Below are positions 8,084 to 17,555 of a DNA stretch of 43,821 bases, piece after piece. Position 1 is the first letter of the stretch, and every line of letters begins with the position of its first letter. A model generated the notes under the pieces. That model worked only from the letters and a program-made list of their open reading frames with translations. It had not been told where the DNA came from and did no database searches. The stretch comes from a virus (Duplodnaviria > Caudoviricetes), in IMG/VR virus record IMGVR_UViG_3300010398_000006, positions 1 through 43,821 of that record, one strand, 5' to 3'. The position numbers and the translations under genes were made by a program.

Positions 8084-11000
8084 GACGGCAACATTTCCAC
8101 ATCGAGAATCCGTACGGGCCGCCCGTGGCGCTCAACGATGGTTTGCCGGATCACCCGATAGGTCAGCCCCCTATCGAGCAGGATCTCCGACTCCCATGTC
8201 CGGTCCGAGAGCATCGCGACGTGAGTGCCCTTCGGGACAATGATGCGCATGAGCATGTCCGACGCGTAGCTCTTCTCCGCCGTCGACCGGTAGGCGGAGG
8301 TGCTGACGAAGCCGTTGTCCCGCCAGATCATCCCGGTGAAGTCCGACGGCCAGCCCTCGCGCGGGCCGAAGGTCTCCTCGGCCTGCATGAGGCCACGCCA
8401 CACGAGCAGATCCTCATCGACTGCCGAGGCGGCCATGATCTTATCCAGGCCGCGGATCCATTCGTCAGTCTGCGCCCGGTACTGCTCGGCCATCGGGCCG
8501 GTAAAGACGTCCTGGCCGCGAAGCTGCGCATTGATTTGCCGGTACCCGTTGCTCCGGTACGCCTGCAAACCTCGGGAGGCGTCAACGTCCGGCATGACGT
8601 CGGCTCCGCCAGGTCGGACGGCGCTGTAGGGCACAGCCTCGAATGCGGCATCCTCAGTGGCTGCCTTCCCTGCGCGGCGCTCGAACTGGGCCAACGTCGG
8701 CCTGCGCGCCACGCCAGACTGCCGGACCGGCGCCTCGACCGTGCGCACCAGCGGCTTAGTCAACTGCATCGTCGTACCATCGGGCAGGGTCAGCGTCACA
8801 CCCGGCCGGACCACGCTGACCTTCGCCCCGGCCGGGATGTCGACCCCGCCCACCGACTCCATCGCGGCTGGGTCGAACTTGACCGCCTGCCCAACCCGAC
8901 CGGTCACGGCCAGGTCGTACTTCTTCCCGACCCGGGTGATCGCCGCCCGCAACTTCGTCGGATCGGCCGCCGCCCGCTCCAAGGCGGCCAGGTCCTTGGC
9001 GTCCATGACCCCGGTCGCCTGGGCGAACGCGAGACGCTCCTCGAAGACCTCGCGGCCGGCTTTCTTCCCGATCAGCTCGACCATCTCGGCGAGGGTGTCG
9101 CCGACCCGGCCTCGGGACTCGATCAGCTGGTTCCGCTCCCGGTTCGCGGCGCGCAGTTCGCGGCCGGTCAGTTCCCGTGCCGTGGCGGTCTGGGCCCGGA
9201 GCGGCTCGCCCGACTCCTGCACGATCGCCCGCCGGAGCTGGACCTCCTCGCCGCCCGGCCTGCGCAGCGAGTAGCCCGGGCGGACGACGTCCACGGGCGT
9301 CCCGGCCGGGATGCTCGGCCCGACGAGCTCGTGAACCTCGCGGCTGAACGCGACAGGTCCGTTCGCCTCGGTCGTCACCTCGCCGATGCGGACCAGGTTC
9401 GCCTCGGCCGCCATCCGGTCGACCTCGGCCAGCAGCGCCTCGTTGTCTCCGACCAGCGGCAGTAGCCGGGACACGTCGACGCCCAGGCGGTTGCCGGCAC
9501 CCCTGATCCGGTGCGCCATCGCTCGGTCGGAGGCCTGGTTGCCGGCCAGTTCGTGGACCTCGGCGGCCACGTCGGCCACCTTGCGGGCCTCTTCGGCCTC
9601 GGCCACCTGCAGCCGCGCGTAGTGCTCGACGTCGCCTTGGAGCAGGTCGAGCAGCTGCGGCCGGGTCATGCGCGAGTACCCGGTCAGGCCGCGATCGCGG
9701 GCGAGCGCGCGCAGCTCGGGCACCTTCAGCCGGGTCAGGTCTTCGGCCGCCACCGGCGCCGACAGGCCGCCGGCCGCGCCGGCGTCGCCCTGGGAGGCGA
9801 AGACCCGGTCCAGCACCCGGGCGCGGGCGGGGAACAGGTCCCGGAACGTCAGGTCCTGCATCGGCCCGTCCGGGGACAGGCGACCGCGGCCGATCACGTC
9901 GGTGGTCTGGATGCGGTCGATCAGGTGCATCTTGACCGACTCGGCGAAGTCCTCCGCGACCGCGGACTGGCCGTACGGGGTGACCCCGTACGGGAATAGG
10001 GCGGCCGGGTCGTCGATCAGCGTGGGTGCCTTGGACAGGTACAGGCCGCGGCCGGTGGGCTTGAAGTCGTACACGGTGCCGCGGACGCCCGGGCCGCGGG
10101 TGGCGGCCTGCCACGCCGCGCCACTGGAGTTGAGCCCCTCGCGGATCATGGCGGCGTCGACGTTGTGGCCGAACTCGTGCAGCAGGGTGTCGTCGTAGGA
10201 CAGTTGCGGTATCGGGTGCCACAGGGTGGTGTGGCCGCCGCCCGCCATGGCCTGCGAGCGGAAGCCCGGCTGCTGGTAGCGCTGGGCCCAGATCGCGTCG
10301 GCCGGGTTGTCCCCGACCGTGACGGTGTATGTCTTCTGGAACCGGCCCCAGGCGCCGAGTTTGGTCTGGAACTGGCGGAGGTCCTCGACCATGCGCCGGG
10401 CTTCGGCCTCGGTCTTGAACCCGGAGATGGTGCCGCCGCGTTCGACCAGGTATCCGACGCCGTCGACCTTGTACGCCCACCCGTCGCTGATGGTGTAGGT
10501 CGGCGTGCCGGCCTGCAGGATCTGCAGGTCCCGCACCGGGATCGGGTTGTCCAGGCCGGTGTCGGGCAGGCCCTCGGCCCAGTGGCGGGAGTCGCCGGTG
10601 ACCTCGGTCGGCAGCGGCACCACGGGCGGCGGCTCCGGCTCGACCGGCTCGGGCTCGGCTTCGGCCTGGGCGAGGATCTCGTCGGCCTCGCGGGTGGTGA
10701 TCGCGGCCAGGTCCTCGCCGCCGGCGCCCAGGCCTCCTCCCAGCGCGGTGAGGTCGCCGCCGGCGGCCGCGGCGTCCTCACGCGACGTCCACGCCGGGGC
10801 CAGAGAGCACCGGCACAACGGGTGCGCCGGCGGCGCGTCGTCCCCGGTCAGGAACGGCACATCCAGGGGGACGGGGCCCTGGTCTTCGTTGGTGTTGCAG
10901 GGCACGCATACGTGCTGGTCGCCGGCGGTCATCCACTCTTTGGCCTCGACGCCGTTGCGGGCGTACCGCCACAGGGTGGCCGACGACACCGCCCTGGTGG

Positions 11001-11589
11001 TCTCTGTCAACGCCACCCGGGCGGCCCACTTGGGGTCGTTGACGAGGATGCGGATGGCCTTCGCGATCGTCGCCGGGCTGTCGCCGTGCTGGACGCCGCG
11101 GGCCAGAATCGCGGCGAGCTGGTTGAGCTTGTGCCCCTCGATCCCCTTCAGGACGACGCCGGCGTGCTCGAGCAGGGCGTGCAGGCCGTCGCCCATGCCT
11201 TCTGTGCCGAGCAGTTCGAGGGCGGCTTCCTCGTCGCCCGGGGCCCAGTGGGCCCAGTCGACGCCCATGGTGACCGTGGCCACGTCATCCGGTTGGGTGG
11301 CCTTCACTATGAGGCCGTGGTGAGCCAGTAGCGACCTCGAGGACAGGGCGCCGATGAGGTAGCCGTCGGTCCACAACCTCCGCAGGACGGGGGCGAGCCG
11401 GTCAGCGATGGGCAGGTGCCGACCGTCCAACCAGGACCGTGCCGCGTCCTGCGTGGTGATACCGGTAGAGGCGAAGTCAGCGGCCAGCCTGCTCGGCCCG
11501 GAGGCCGGCCCAGTCAAAGCCTGGGACAGCAGAGGCGCCCAGTGATCGGCCACCGCCAGGTCCCGTTCCCAGCCGGGCCAGTGCCGCAC
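8080..11589 (-). CDS. MuF (Mu gpF/SPP1 gp7-like) minor head protein fused to HExxH peptidase-like, Rho-N-like, 2x GrpE-like and ADP-ribosyltransferase domains
   Basis: MuF: ALTETTRA, KEWMTAGD..VCVPC, PPAHPLCRCSL. Peptidase: LLHEFGH...EDFAES. ART: YRQINAQLRG, VWRG, FVSTS, ESEILLDRG. Confidence 0.85.
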   Translation of the reverse strand: MRHWPGWERDLAVADHWAPLLSQALTGPASGPSRLAADFASTGITTQDAARSWLDGRHLPIADRLAPVLRRLWTDGYLIGALSSRSLLAHHGLIVKATQPDDVATVTMGVDWAHWAPGDEEAALELLGTEGMGDGLHALLEHAGVVLKGIEGHKLNQLAAILARGVQHGDSPATIAKAIRILVNDPKWAARVALTETTRAVSSATLWRYARNGVEAKEWMTAGDQHVCVPCNTNEDQGPVPLDVPFLTGDDAPPAHPLCRCSLAPAWTSREDAAAAGGDLTALGGGLGAGGEDLAAITTREADEILAQAEAEPEPVEPEPPPVVPLPTEVTGDSRHWAEGLPDTGLDNPIPVRDLQILQAGTPTYTISDGWAYKVDGVGYLVERGGTISGFKTEAEARRMVEDLRQFQTKLGAWGRFQKTYTVTVGDNPADAIWAQRYQQPGFRSQAMAGGGHTTLWHPIPQLSYDDTLLHEFGHNVDAAMIREGLNSSGAAWQAATRGPGVRGTVYDFKPTGRGLYLSKAPTLIDDPAALFPYGVTPYGQSAVAEDFAESVKMHLIDRIQTTDVIGRGRLSPDGPMQDLTFRDLFPARARVLDRVFASQGDAGAAGGLSAPVAAEDLTRLKVPELRALARDRGLTGYSRMTRPQLLDLLQGDVEHYARLQVAEAEEARKVADVAAEVHELAGNQASDRAMAHRIRGAGNRLGVDVSRLLPLVGDNEALLAEVDRMAAEANLVRIGEVTTEANGPVAFSREVHELVGPSIPAGTPVDVVRPGYSLRRPGGEEVQLRRAIVQESGEPLRAQTATARELTGRELRAANRERNQLIESRGRVGDTLAEMVELIGKKAGREVFEERLAFAQATGVMDAKDLAALERAAADPTKLRAAITRVGKKYDLAVTGRVGQAVKFDPAAMESVGGVDIPAGAKVSVVRPGVTLTLPDGTTMQLTKPLVRTVEAPVRQSGVARRPTLAQFERRAGKAATEDAAFEAVPYSAVRPGGADVMPDVDASRGLQAYRSNGYRQINAQLRGQDVFTGPMAEQYRAQTDEWIRGLDKIMAASAVDEDLLVWRGLMQAEETFGPREGWPSDFTGMIWRDNGFVSTSAYRSTAEKSYASDMLMRIIVPKGTHVAMLSDRTWESEILLDRGLTYRVIRQTIVERHGRPVRILDVEMLPS

Positions 11590-13489
11590 TTTTGGGCCGC
11601 CCCTGCGGGGGCGCCTCCCCGAACTCGGCCTTGGTGAGGTCGACGCCGGCGGCGGCCGCGGCGGTCGGGGTGAGGTGCTGGAACCGGAACGGGCGGGATG
11701 CCGTCCCCTTGGCCAGCCACCGGTGGTACGCGCCCAGCTCAGCCTTCACCGCGTCCGGCCCGGCCGGCTTCTCAGGCTGGCCGCCGGGCGGGCCCTGCAG
11801 CTCCTGCACGGCGTTGCCCTGCTCGTCTACCGCCGGCGCGCCCGCGGTCTGCGCCGGATTCGGCGGCCCGATCATCACGCCCGGCTGCGCCAGCTTCGAC
11901 GCACCCTCCAGGAACACCACACCCCGGCCGGTGTCCACCATCGGCATGTCCGCCTCAGGGAACGTGTACCTGGGCAGACCGGTGCGGTCCCGATCCTCGT
12001 TCAGCGTCAGGCCACCACGCTTGATCCGCCGGTCGGCCACCTCATCGGCCGCGTCCTCGTCCTCCGACTCCAGCCCGAGGATGCGGAACTCCAGCTCCGG
12101 CGGGCAGTCCAGATAGGTGCGCATCAACGACGTGCACATTGACTGCAGCCGGCGCAGCGTGGGCTGGGTCGCTTTGCGTTCCTGTACGTCGGCTTGGCCC
12201 TCATGCCAGCCGGTCGAGCCTAAGCCGCCCTGCTCGGTGAAGCCCAGCTCGGCGATCGTCGTGTCGAAGTGGCCGGCCACCAGCTTGATCAGGTGCAGGT
12301 CGTACTCCGGCTTGTACTTCTCCCCCAGGTCGGCCCGGTTCTCGGCCGGCTTCATGCCGAAGGGCAGCAGCCGCAGCCGCATGCGGGCGGTGGTGTTGCC
12401 GTTGTAGTAGTCGTTGAACTCGCGTTCGTACTGGGCCGTCTGCTGGGGCGACCACTCGGCCTGCCCCTCGCCGGACAGCAGCCATCCGGCCGGCATCACC
12501 CCGTCGGTGTACTCGGCCTTCAGCCACTCGATGCGGCGCAGGTACAGCTCGCCGTCGTAGAGCGCCTGCTCGACTGCGGAGAAGCCGTACGGTGTCCAGG
12601 TCCGCGTGTTGTGAACCTTGTACACCAGCCGGTCGGCCGGGTACGCCGTGCCGGCCAGCACCATGTCCCCGTTCTTGTCCGGTTCTGCGTCGGCCACGTA
12701 CTCGCCCCGCGGGAAGCCGTACAGGATCTGCTGGTAAGCCGGCTGCGGCGGCATCGGGCGGAAACCCTCAATGTCCAGCAGCGGTTTGATCGTCGACCCG
12801 TCCAGCACCTCGAAGCCGTACAGGCTGCCGTTGCGCCGCGCGCGGGGGTAGATGGCGATGGCGTCCAGGACGAAATGCTCCTCGAGCACTTTCATGGCCC
12901 AGGCGATGAAGTCGTGGCCGCTGCGCGGGTCTGGTTGCTCCCAGAAGTCGACCAGCCGGCCGATGTGCGGGTCGACCCGCACGCGCATCGCCTTCTCGAT
13001 GTCCGAGCGGGCGCTGTTGGGGTCCTGCCGTTGGGCCCGCTCGACCGCCTTGGCGCTGATGGTCACGTCCCAGTCCAGGGTCGCGACCTCGTCCTTGCGG
13101 ATCTGGATGCAGCGGCGGAACAGGGGTATCTGGTCCGCCGCGTCGCGTAGCACCTTCCACGGGATGAGCCGGTCGCCGAAGCCGGGCAGGTTGTACGCGA
13201 CCGGGTACTCGTATGCCCGCGGTTGGGCCCGGCCGGTTTGCGGGTCAATCGGGCCGATCGGGGCGGGTACCAGCGGCACGCCGGGGCCGAACGGCACCGG
13301 GGCGAACGCGTCCAACCGGGGTAGTGGCCTGGCCGCGCCGCCTCCGGCCTTGGCCGACATCAGCGCCGCCACCTGCTCCGCGGTGTAGGTGGTTTGGGCG
13401 CCGACGACCGCGCCGTTGCGGAAGCCGCCGGGCGTCTGGGCTTTGGTCAGTGGTGGGGCGGAGCGGGGGCGGCCACGGCGACGAGACAC
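11477..13489 (-). CDS. Portal protein
   Basis: GTG at 13489 with AGGGGG RBS; LDGSTIKP, YGFSAVEQA and TLNEDR motifs; follows TerL. Confidence 0.88.
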   Translation of the reverse strand: MSRRRGRPRSAPPLTKAQTPGGFRNGAVVGAQTTYTAEQVAALMSAKAGGGAARPLPRLDAFAPVPFGPGVPLVPAPIGPIDPQTGRAQPRAYEYPVAYNLPGFGDRLIPWKVLRDAADQIPLFRRCIQIRKDEVATLDWDVTISAKAVERAQRQDPNSARSDIEKAMRVRVDPHIGRLVDFWEQPDPRSGHDFIAWAMKVLEEHFVLDAIAIYPRARRNGSLYGFEVLDGSTIKPLLDIEGFRPMPPQPAYQQILYGFPRGEYVADAEPDKNGDMVLAGTAYPADRLVYKVHNTRTWTPYGFSAVEQALYDGELYLRRIEWLKAEYTDGVMPAGWLLSGEGQAEWSPQQTAQYEREFNDYYNGNTTARMRLRLLPFGMKPAENRADLGEKYKPEYDLHLIKLVAGHFDTTIAELGFTEQGGLGSTGWHEGQADVQERKATQPTLRRLQSMCTSLMRTYLDCPPELEFRILGLESEDEDAADEVADRRIKRGGLTLNEDRDRTGLPRYTFPEADMPMVDTGRGVVFLEGASKLAQPGVMIGPPNPAQTAGAPAVDEQGNAVQELQGPPGGQPEKPAGPDAVKAELGAYHRWLAKGTASRPFRFQHLTPTAAAAAGVDLTKAEFGEAPPQGRPKSAALARLGTGPGGGRSLGASAVPGFDWAGLRAEQAGR

Positions 13490-13571
13490 GCGGGCCCCCT
13501 GTCCGAGGTTGAGTCGTGCTGCGATGCTGAGACCCGGCCGCGGTGGGCGCGGCCGGGAAGTGGGTGCGGCC

Positions 13572-13766
13572 ATGGGTGTAGCGGAAACGGCGACCTGGCG
13601 GGAGATCCAGAAGACCAATGAGCGCCTGGACGCGCTGATCGCTGAGCAGCGCAGCACGAACGAGCTGCTGCGGTGGCTGGGCCAGATCCTGCAGCAGCAG
13701 CCGGCGGTCCGGCCGCACCCGGGCGCGGCCCCGCCGTGGCAGGAGCCGGTCGCTACCGGGAGCTGA
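13572..13766 (+). CDS. Antisense small protein, 64 aa, coiled-coil-like (moron-like insert)
   Basis: MGVAETATWREIQKTNERLDALIAEQRSTNELL; fills the TerL-portal gap. Confidence 0.55.
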   Translation: MGVAETATWREIQKTNERLDALIAEQRSTNELLRWLGQILQQQPAVRPHPGAAPPWQEPVATGS

Positions 13767-15279
13767 GCTGCTCGAACCAGCCCGACAGGTCACCCTTCGG
13801 CACGTAGAAGGCGAGCAGCAGGGCATCCGCGTTGTCGGGCGACCGGCCCAAGCGTTCGATTACGTCGTCCTTGGGTTCGATCACGATGCGGCCCTTGGTG
13901 TCCGTCGACCACCTAGGCGCCAGCAGTTGGGCGCAGGTGTTGTCCGGGTTGTCCATGGTGGACAGGTCCCACAGGCGTTGCTCTGAGCCGACCCGGCCGA
14001 CGTCCCACCAGATCTGGGCGCGCAGGTTGGCGAACTTGATCGGGTCGTGGGCCTTCTCCGCCACGTTCACGGGGATGATGCGGCACTGGTGCAGGCCGTT
14101 GGTGGCCATGTTGCGCAGTTCGCCGATCAAACCCGCGCCGACACCGATGCGGTCAATCTTTACCACCGTGGCGCCGGTTTCCCGGATGGCCATGAGGATC
14201 AGCGGGGCGATCTCCTCCGACCGGTCGGAGCGGTGCCGCCACTCCCGTCCGGCGATCGGGCCGCGGCGTTCCCGGATGACGGTTTCGTCGCCGCCCCCGC
14301 CGACGTCGACGCCGAGCTCGACGGGGAGCAGCTCGTGGGGGGCGCGCGGCATGTCCGTGCCGATGCGGCACACGGCGATGTCGGAGGCCCTCACTACGCT
14401 GTTCGGATCGTCGGGCGGGAAGCGGCCCAGCACCTTCGAGATGTAGATGGGGTTGTCCGCGCCCCACTCGAGCCGTTTCTCCTCCACCCAGGCGGCGGAG
14501 ATGAGCAGGTCCGCCAGGTCGGAGGGGATGGTCTCGCCGGTGAGGTTCGGCGAGTCGAATGCCGAGATGCCGATCACGTGCCACCCGGACACCGGACTGC
14601 ACACCTTGGCGAACTGGCTCGTGGCGTTGTCGGGGTTGCCGATCGCGAAGATGCGGCACCCGTCGTTGGTGGTCAACGCGTCGGCGGCGATCCACAGCTG
14701 CTCCGGGATGCCGCACGCCTCGTCGAGGACGACGAGGACGTGGCGGGCGTGGATGCCCTGGAACGCGCCTTCATCGTGGTCGGCGGGTTTGCGGCCGAAC
14801 GCGACCAGCTCGCCGTCGATCTGCCACTCAGTCTGATTCACCTTCCCCGGCAACGGCCCCGGGCTGCCGGGGGCCAGGGACTTGCGGTGGACCTGCCGGA
14901 TGTAGCGCCACAGGATCGCCCGCACCTGCGCAAAGGTCGGCGCCGACGTGACGACGAAGGCCTGCCCGGGTGGGTGGACGTCCAACCACCAGGCGATGAC
15001 GCGGGAGGCGATGTGGGACTTGCCGACGCCGTGGCAGGACATGACCGCGGTCCTGCGGTGTTCCAACACCGCGGTCATGATCTGGCGTTGTTTGGACCAG
15101 GCGAACTCGCCGATCCGCTCGACCACCCAGCCGACCGGATCGGCCTGGTAGCGGGCCGCCTCCTGCCGTTCGCGGGCGGCCTTCAACGCCTGTAGGTCAC
15201 GGAGCTGGCGGAGCTTCTCCAGCCGCAGCTGTTCCAGGGGTGAGGCCGAGCTCGGCGGACAGACGGGCGATCTCGGCAT
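13753..15279 (-). CDS. terL: Terminase large subunit (start uncertain)
   Basis: Walker A SCHGVGKS, Walker B VLDEA, nuclease motifs GVDVG and SPDNADA. Confidence 0.93.
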   Translation of the reverse strand: MPRSPVCPPSSASPLEQLRLEKLRQLRDLQALKAARERQEAARYQADPVGWVVERIGEFAWSKQRQIMTAVLEHRRTAVMSCHGVGKSHIASRVIAWWLDVHPPGQAFVVTSAPTFAQVRAILWRYIRQVHRKSLAPGSPGPLPGKVNQTEWQIDGELVAFGRKPADHDEGAFQGIHARHVLVVLDEACGIPEQLWIAADALTTNDGCRIFAIGNPDNATSQFAKVCSPVSGWHVIGISAFDSPNLTGETIPSDLADLLISAAWVEEKRLEWGADNPIYISKVLGRFPPDDPNSVVRASDIAVCRIGTDMPRAPHELLPVELGVDVGGGGDETVIRERRGPIAGREWRHRSDRSEEIAPLILMAIRETGATVVKIDRIGVGAGLIGELRNMATNGLHQCRIIPVNVAEKAHDPIKFANLRAQIWWDVGRVGSEQRLWDLSTMDNPDNTCAQLLAPRWSTDTKGRIVIEPKDDVIERLGRSPDNADALLLAFYVPKGDLSGWFEQLSSR

Positions 15280-15760
15280 CGATGACGTCCATGGTGAGGA
15301 CCTGGATCTGGGTGGGTGCGTCGAGGCCCAGCAGTTTGGCCCGACGCTCCATGATCTTGATGATGCGGTCGATCGCCTGCAACCTGGGGGCGTCGTCCAG
15401 CAGCGGCACCCACACCCACCGGCCGTCGTCGCCCTTCCGGCGGACCCGGACGACTTTGCCCTGTGACACGAGCAGGTGCTGTGTGCGCATCACCTCGACC
15501 GCGACCCGCAACGCGTCGTCCAGGCGGGCCAACTCCAGCCTGCGCACTGCCTCGGCCGGTTCTGCGATCGTCTCGGCCATGATGCGTTCGACGGCCTTGT
15601 GGGCCTGGGAGTGGTCGCGGAAGCCGAGGTGTTCGGCGATCTGCCGGTAGGTCCAGCCGTCGGCGCGGAGGCGGCCGGCTTCGGCGTCGCGTTGCTGGGA
15701 GGTGAGGGTGCGTTCGAACCGGCCGTTGCCGGGGCCTCGGAAGTTGTCGCCGCGGGGCAT
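15197..15760 (-). CDS. terS: Terminase small subunit (HTH)
   Basis: GWTYRQIAEHLG HTH; IMERRAKLLGLDAP motif; GGAGG RBS. Confidence 0.75.
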   Translation of the reverse strand: MPRGDNFRGPGNGRFERTLTSQQRDAEAGRLRADGWTYRQIAEHLGFRDHSQAHKAVERIMAETIAEPAEAVRRLELARLDDALRVAVEVMRTQHLLVSQGKVVRVRRKGDDGRWVWVPLLDDAPRLQAIDRIIKIMERRAKLLGLDAPTQIQVLTMDVIDAEIARLSAELGLTPGTAAAGEAPPAP

Positions 15761-15868
15761 CAGGTCCTCCCGCATCGCCGGCCGGTGGGCAGACTGATGG
15801 CCGGTAAGGCAGATGATCCGTTGCGAAGATTGGCGATGTCAAACACCGCGTCGGCGGCGCGGCGCTCA

Positions 15869-16339
15869 TCAGAGGATCCAGCTCTCGCAAACACGGGAGT
15901 TCAGCCCGCACCTGCCGCAGTAGGCAAGCCAGGTCGCACCCTCGGGCATTGGCCAGTCAGTCTCCGCCGGATCCCACCACATGCAGTCCCAGCAGCACTC
16001 GACGACGCCGACAATTCGTGTCCACTCGGGCCATTCGAGGTTGGACCTTCCGCCATTGCAGTCCTCGCACAGGGTGCGCAGGTTGTCGCTACGGTCAGCC
16101 ACCTCGGGCGCGGTGCCCGTTGGGAACGAAGACCAGGGCTTGATGTGATCGAGTTGGAGCGAGAGCTCCGAGCGCTGGCACCAGAGGCAGCGGAAGCCGT
16201 CGCGTTCGTAGATCAAGTGGCGCTTGTAGGGGATGATCGGATCCCGTGCGCCGCGTCGCAGCCGCGTATGCCGGTGTCCAGTCTCGAGGGTGGGCGCCGC
16301 GAGTTGGCGCAAGATGGCGGCCAGGGAAGTGTCTGACAT
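15869..16339 (-). CDS. HNH endonuclease
   Basis: RDGFRCLWC...LDHIKPWS...NLRTLCEDCN, upstream of the terminases. Confidence 0.88.
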   Translation of the reverse strand: MSDTSLAAILRQLAAPTLETGHRHTRLRRGARDPIIPYKRHLIYERDGFRCLWCQRSELSLQLDHIKPWSSFPTGTAPEVADRSDNLRTLCEDCNGGRSNLEWPEWTRIVGVVECCWDCMWWDPAETDWPMPEGATWLAYCGRCGLNSRVCESWIL

Positions 16340-16472
16340 CAGGCGAACGGCCCTCCGGTAATTCGTGCAACCACCAGAAGGGTCCGGCCGGTCCGATCGA
16401 ACTGTCCACTTTGGTCACCACGTGGTGACCCGCGTTGGCGGTGACCACCCCAGGGGCCGAAGTAGCGATCCG

Positions 16473-17555
16473 TTACGCTGCCCCTTTCCTGAGCTTGTCG
16501 TGGTCGATGGTGGTGGCGCCGGCGAGCACAGCCGGGAAGCCGCCCGGCCCGTACCGGGTCGCCTCGAGCTCGCGGCGGGCCGCCACCGCCGCAGTCCGCA
16601 ACTCGCCGCGGCGCACCGCGGCCGGGTCCGGGTCGTCCTGCCGCGCCCCGAACCCGGTATCCGTGCTGTAGTCCAGCCAGCCTTCGGCCCCGCAGGCGCG
16701 GCACATGCGGTACACCCACAGATCGTCCGGGCCGGCGTCGGGCAGGACGGCGACGCGGATGACGATGGCCGGCACCCGGTACGGGCCGTCCGGCCGCTGC
16801 TCGACCACGGTCCTGGTGGGCTGTGCGACGCCGGCCGCGTCGAGGGTGGTGCACTGCCAGCAGGCGGCGCCGCGCACGGCACGGTCCTCCACAGCGGCCT
16901 GCAGCAGGCCTTGGATGCGGTGCGCCCAGCAGCCGCCGCGGCAGTCCACCGGGGCCACGTCTTGCCCACACGACGCGCGGCGGCCGATCGTGTCCGCGAC
17001 GAGGTCGTGCCCGGGCCGGGCCGCGGCCGCCGCCGCGGTGCGCAGCAGCCGGCCCACGGGCGGGAGGGTCGGATCGATGAAGCCGGGCGACTCGAGCGGG
17101 AGCGCGACCAGCTCGCCGGCGGCGGCCTGGTCGTCGACGAGCAGCCGCGGCCCCGCCACCGGTATGTCGAGGGGCTGGTCCCAGGCCACCGGGCGCAGCC
17201 ACGGCCGCAGCGTGCGCAACCAGTCGGGCTCCCGCTCCACCGCGGCCCGGATCTGGCGGTCCGTTTCGGCGACCAGGTACGGGCGGCGGTTCACGCCCAG
17301 CTGCTGCGCCCAGGCGTGCACGGTCGCGGTGAGGTCGGACCAGAGTTGCCACGCGTCGACGGCGATGGGTAGGCGGGAGCCAGGGACGGTGCGGCCACCG
17401 GCGCCGCTCGTCGACGAGGCGGTGAGGTCGGCCAGCTGGGTCAGCAGGCTGGGGGCGCGGACGGTGTACGCCCGGTCGGGGTCGCCGGGCAGGTAGTGGA
17501 TGCGCATGGTCTGCTGCCGGATCAGCGTGGCGACAGCGTCGGCAAGGTGCGTCAA
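16473..17555 (-). CDS. Hypothetical protein with C-terminal CxxC pairs (possible late regulator)
   Basis: TTG start coupled to the upstream stop; CWQC and CRAC; last large early gene. Confidence 0.55.
   Translation of the reverse strand: MTHLADAVATLIRQQTMRIHYLPGDPDRAYTVRAPSLLTQLADLTASSTSGAGGRTVPGSRLPIAVDAWQLWSDLTATVHAWAQQLGVNRRPYLVAETDRQIRAAVEREPDWLRTLRPWLRPVAWDQPLDIPVAGPRLLVDDQAAAGELVALPLESPGFIDPTLPPVGRLLRTAAAAAARPGHDLVADTIGRRASCGQDVAPVDCRGGCWAHRIQGLLQAAVEDRAVRGAACWQCTTLDAAGVAQPTRTVVEQRPDGPYRVPAIVIRVAVLPDAGPDDLWVYRMCRACGAEGWLDYSTDTGFGARQDDPDPAAVRRGELRTAAVAARRELEATRYGPGGFPAVLAGATTIDHDKLRKGAA

Noticed and set aside
16449-16477. BldN-type promoter (CGTAAC on the minus strand upstream of HNH)
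   Set aside because: No matching -10 element at the expected spacing
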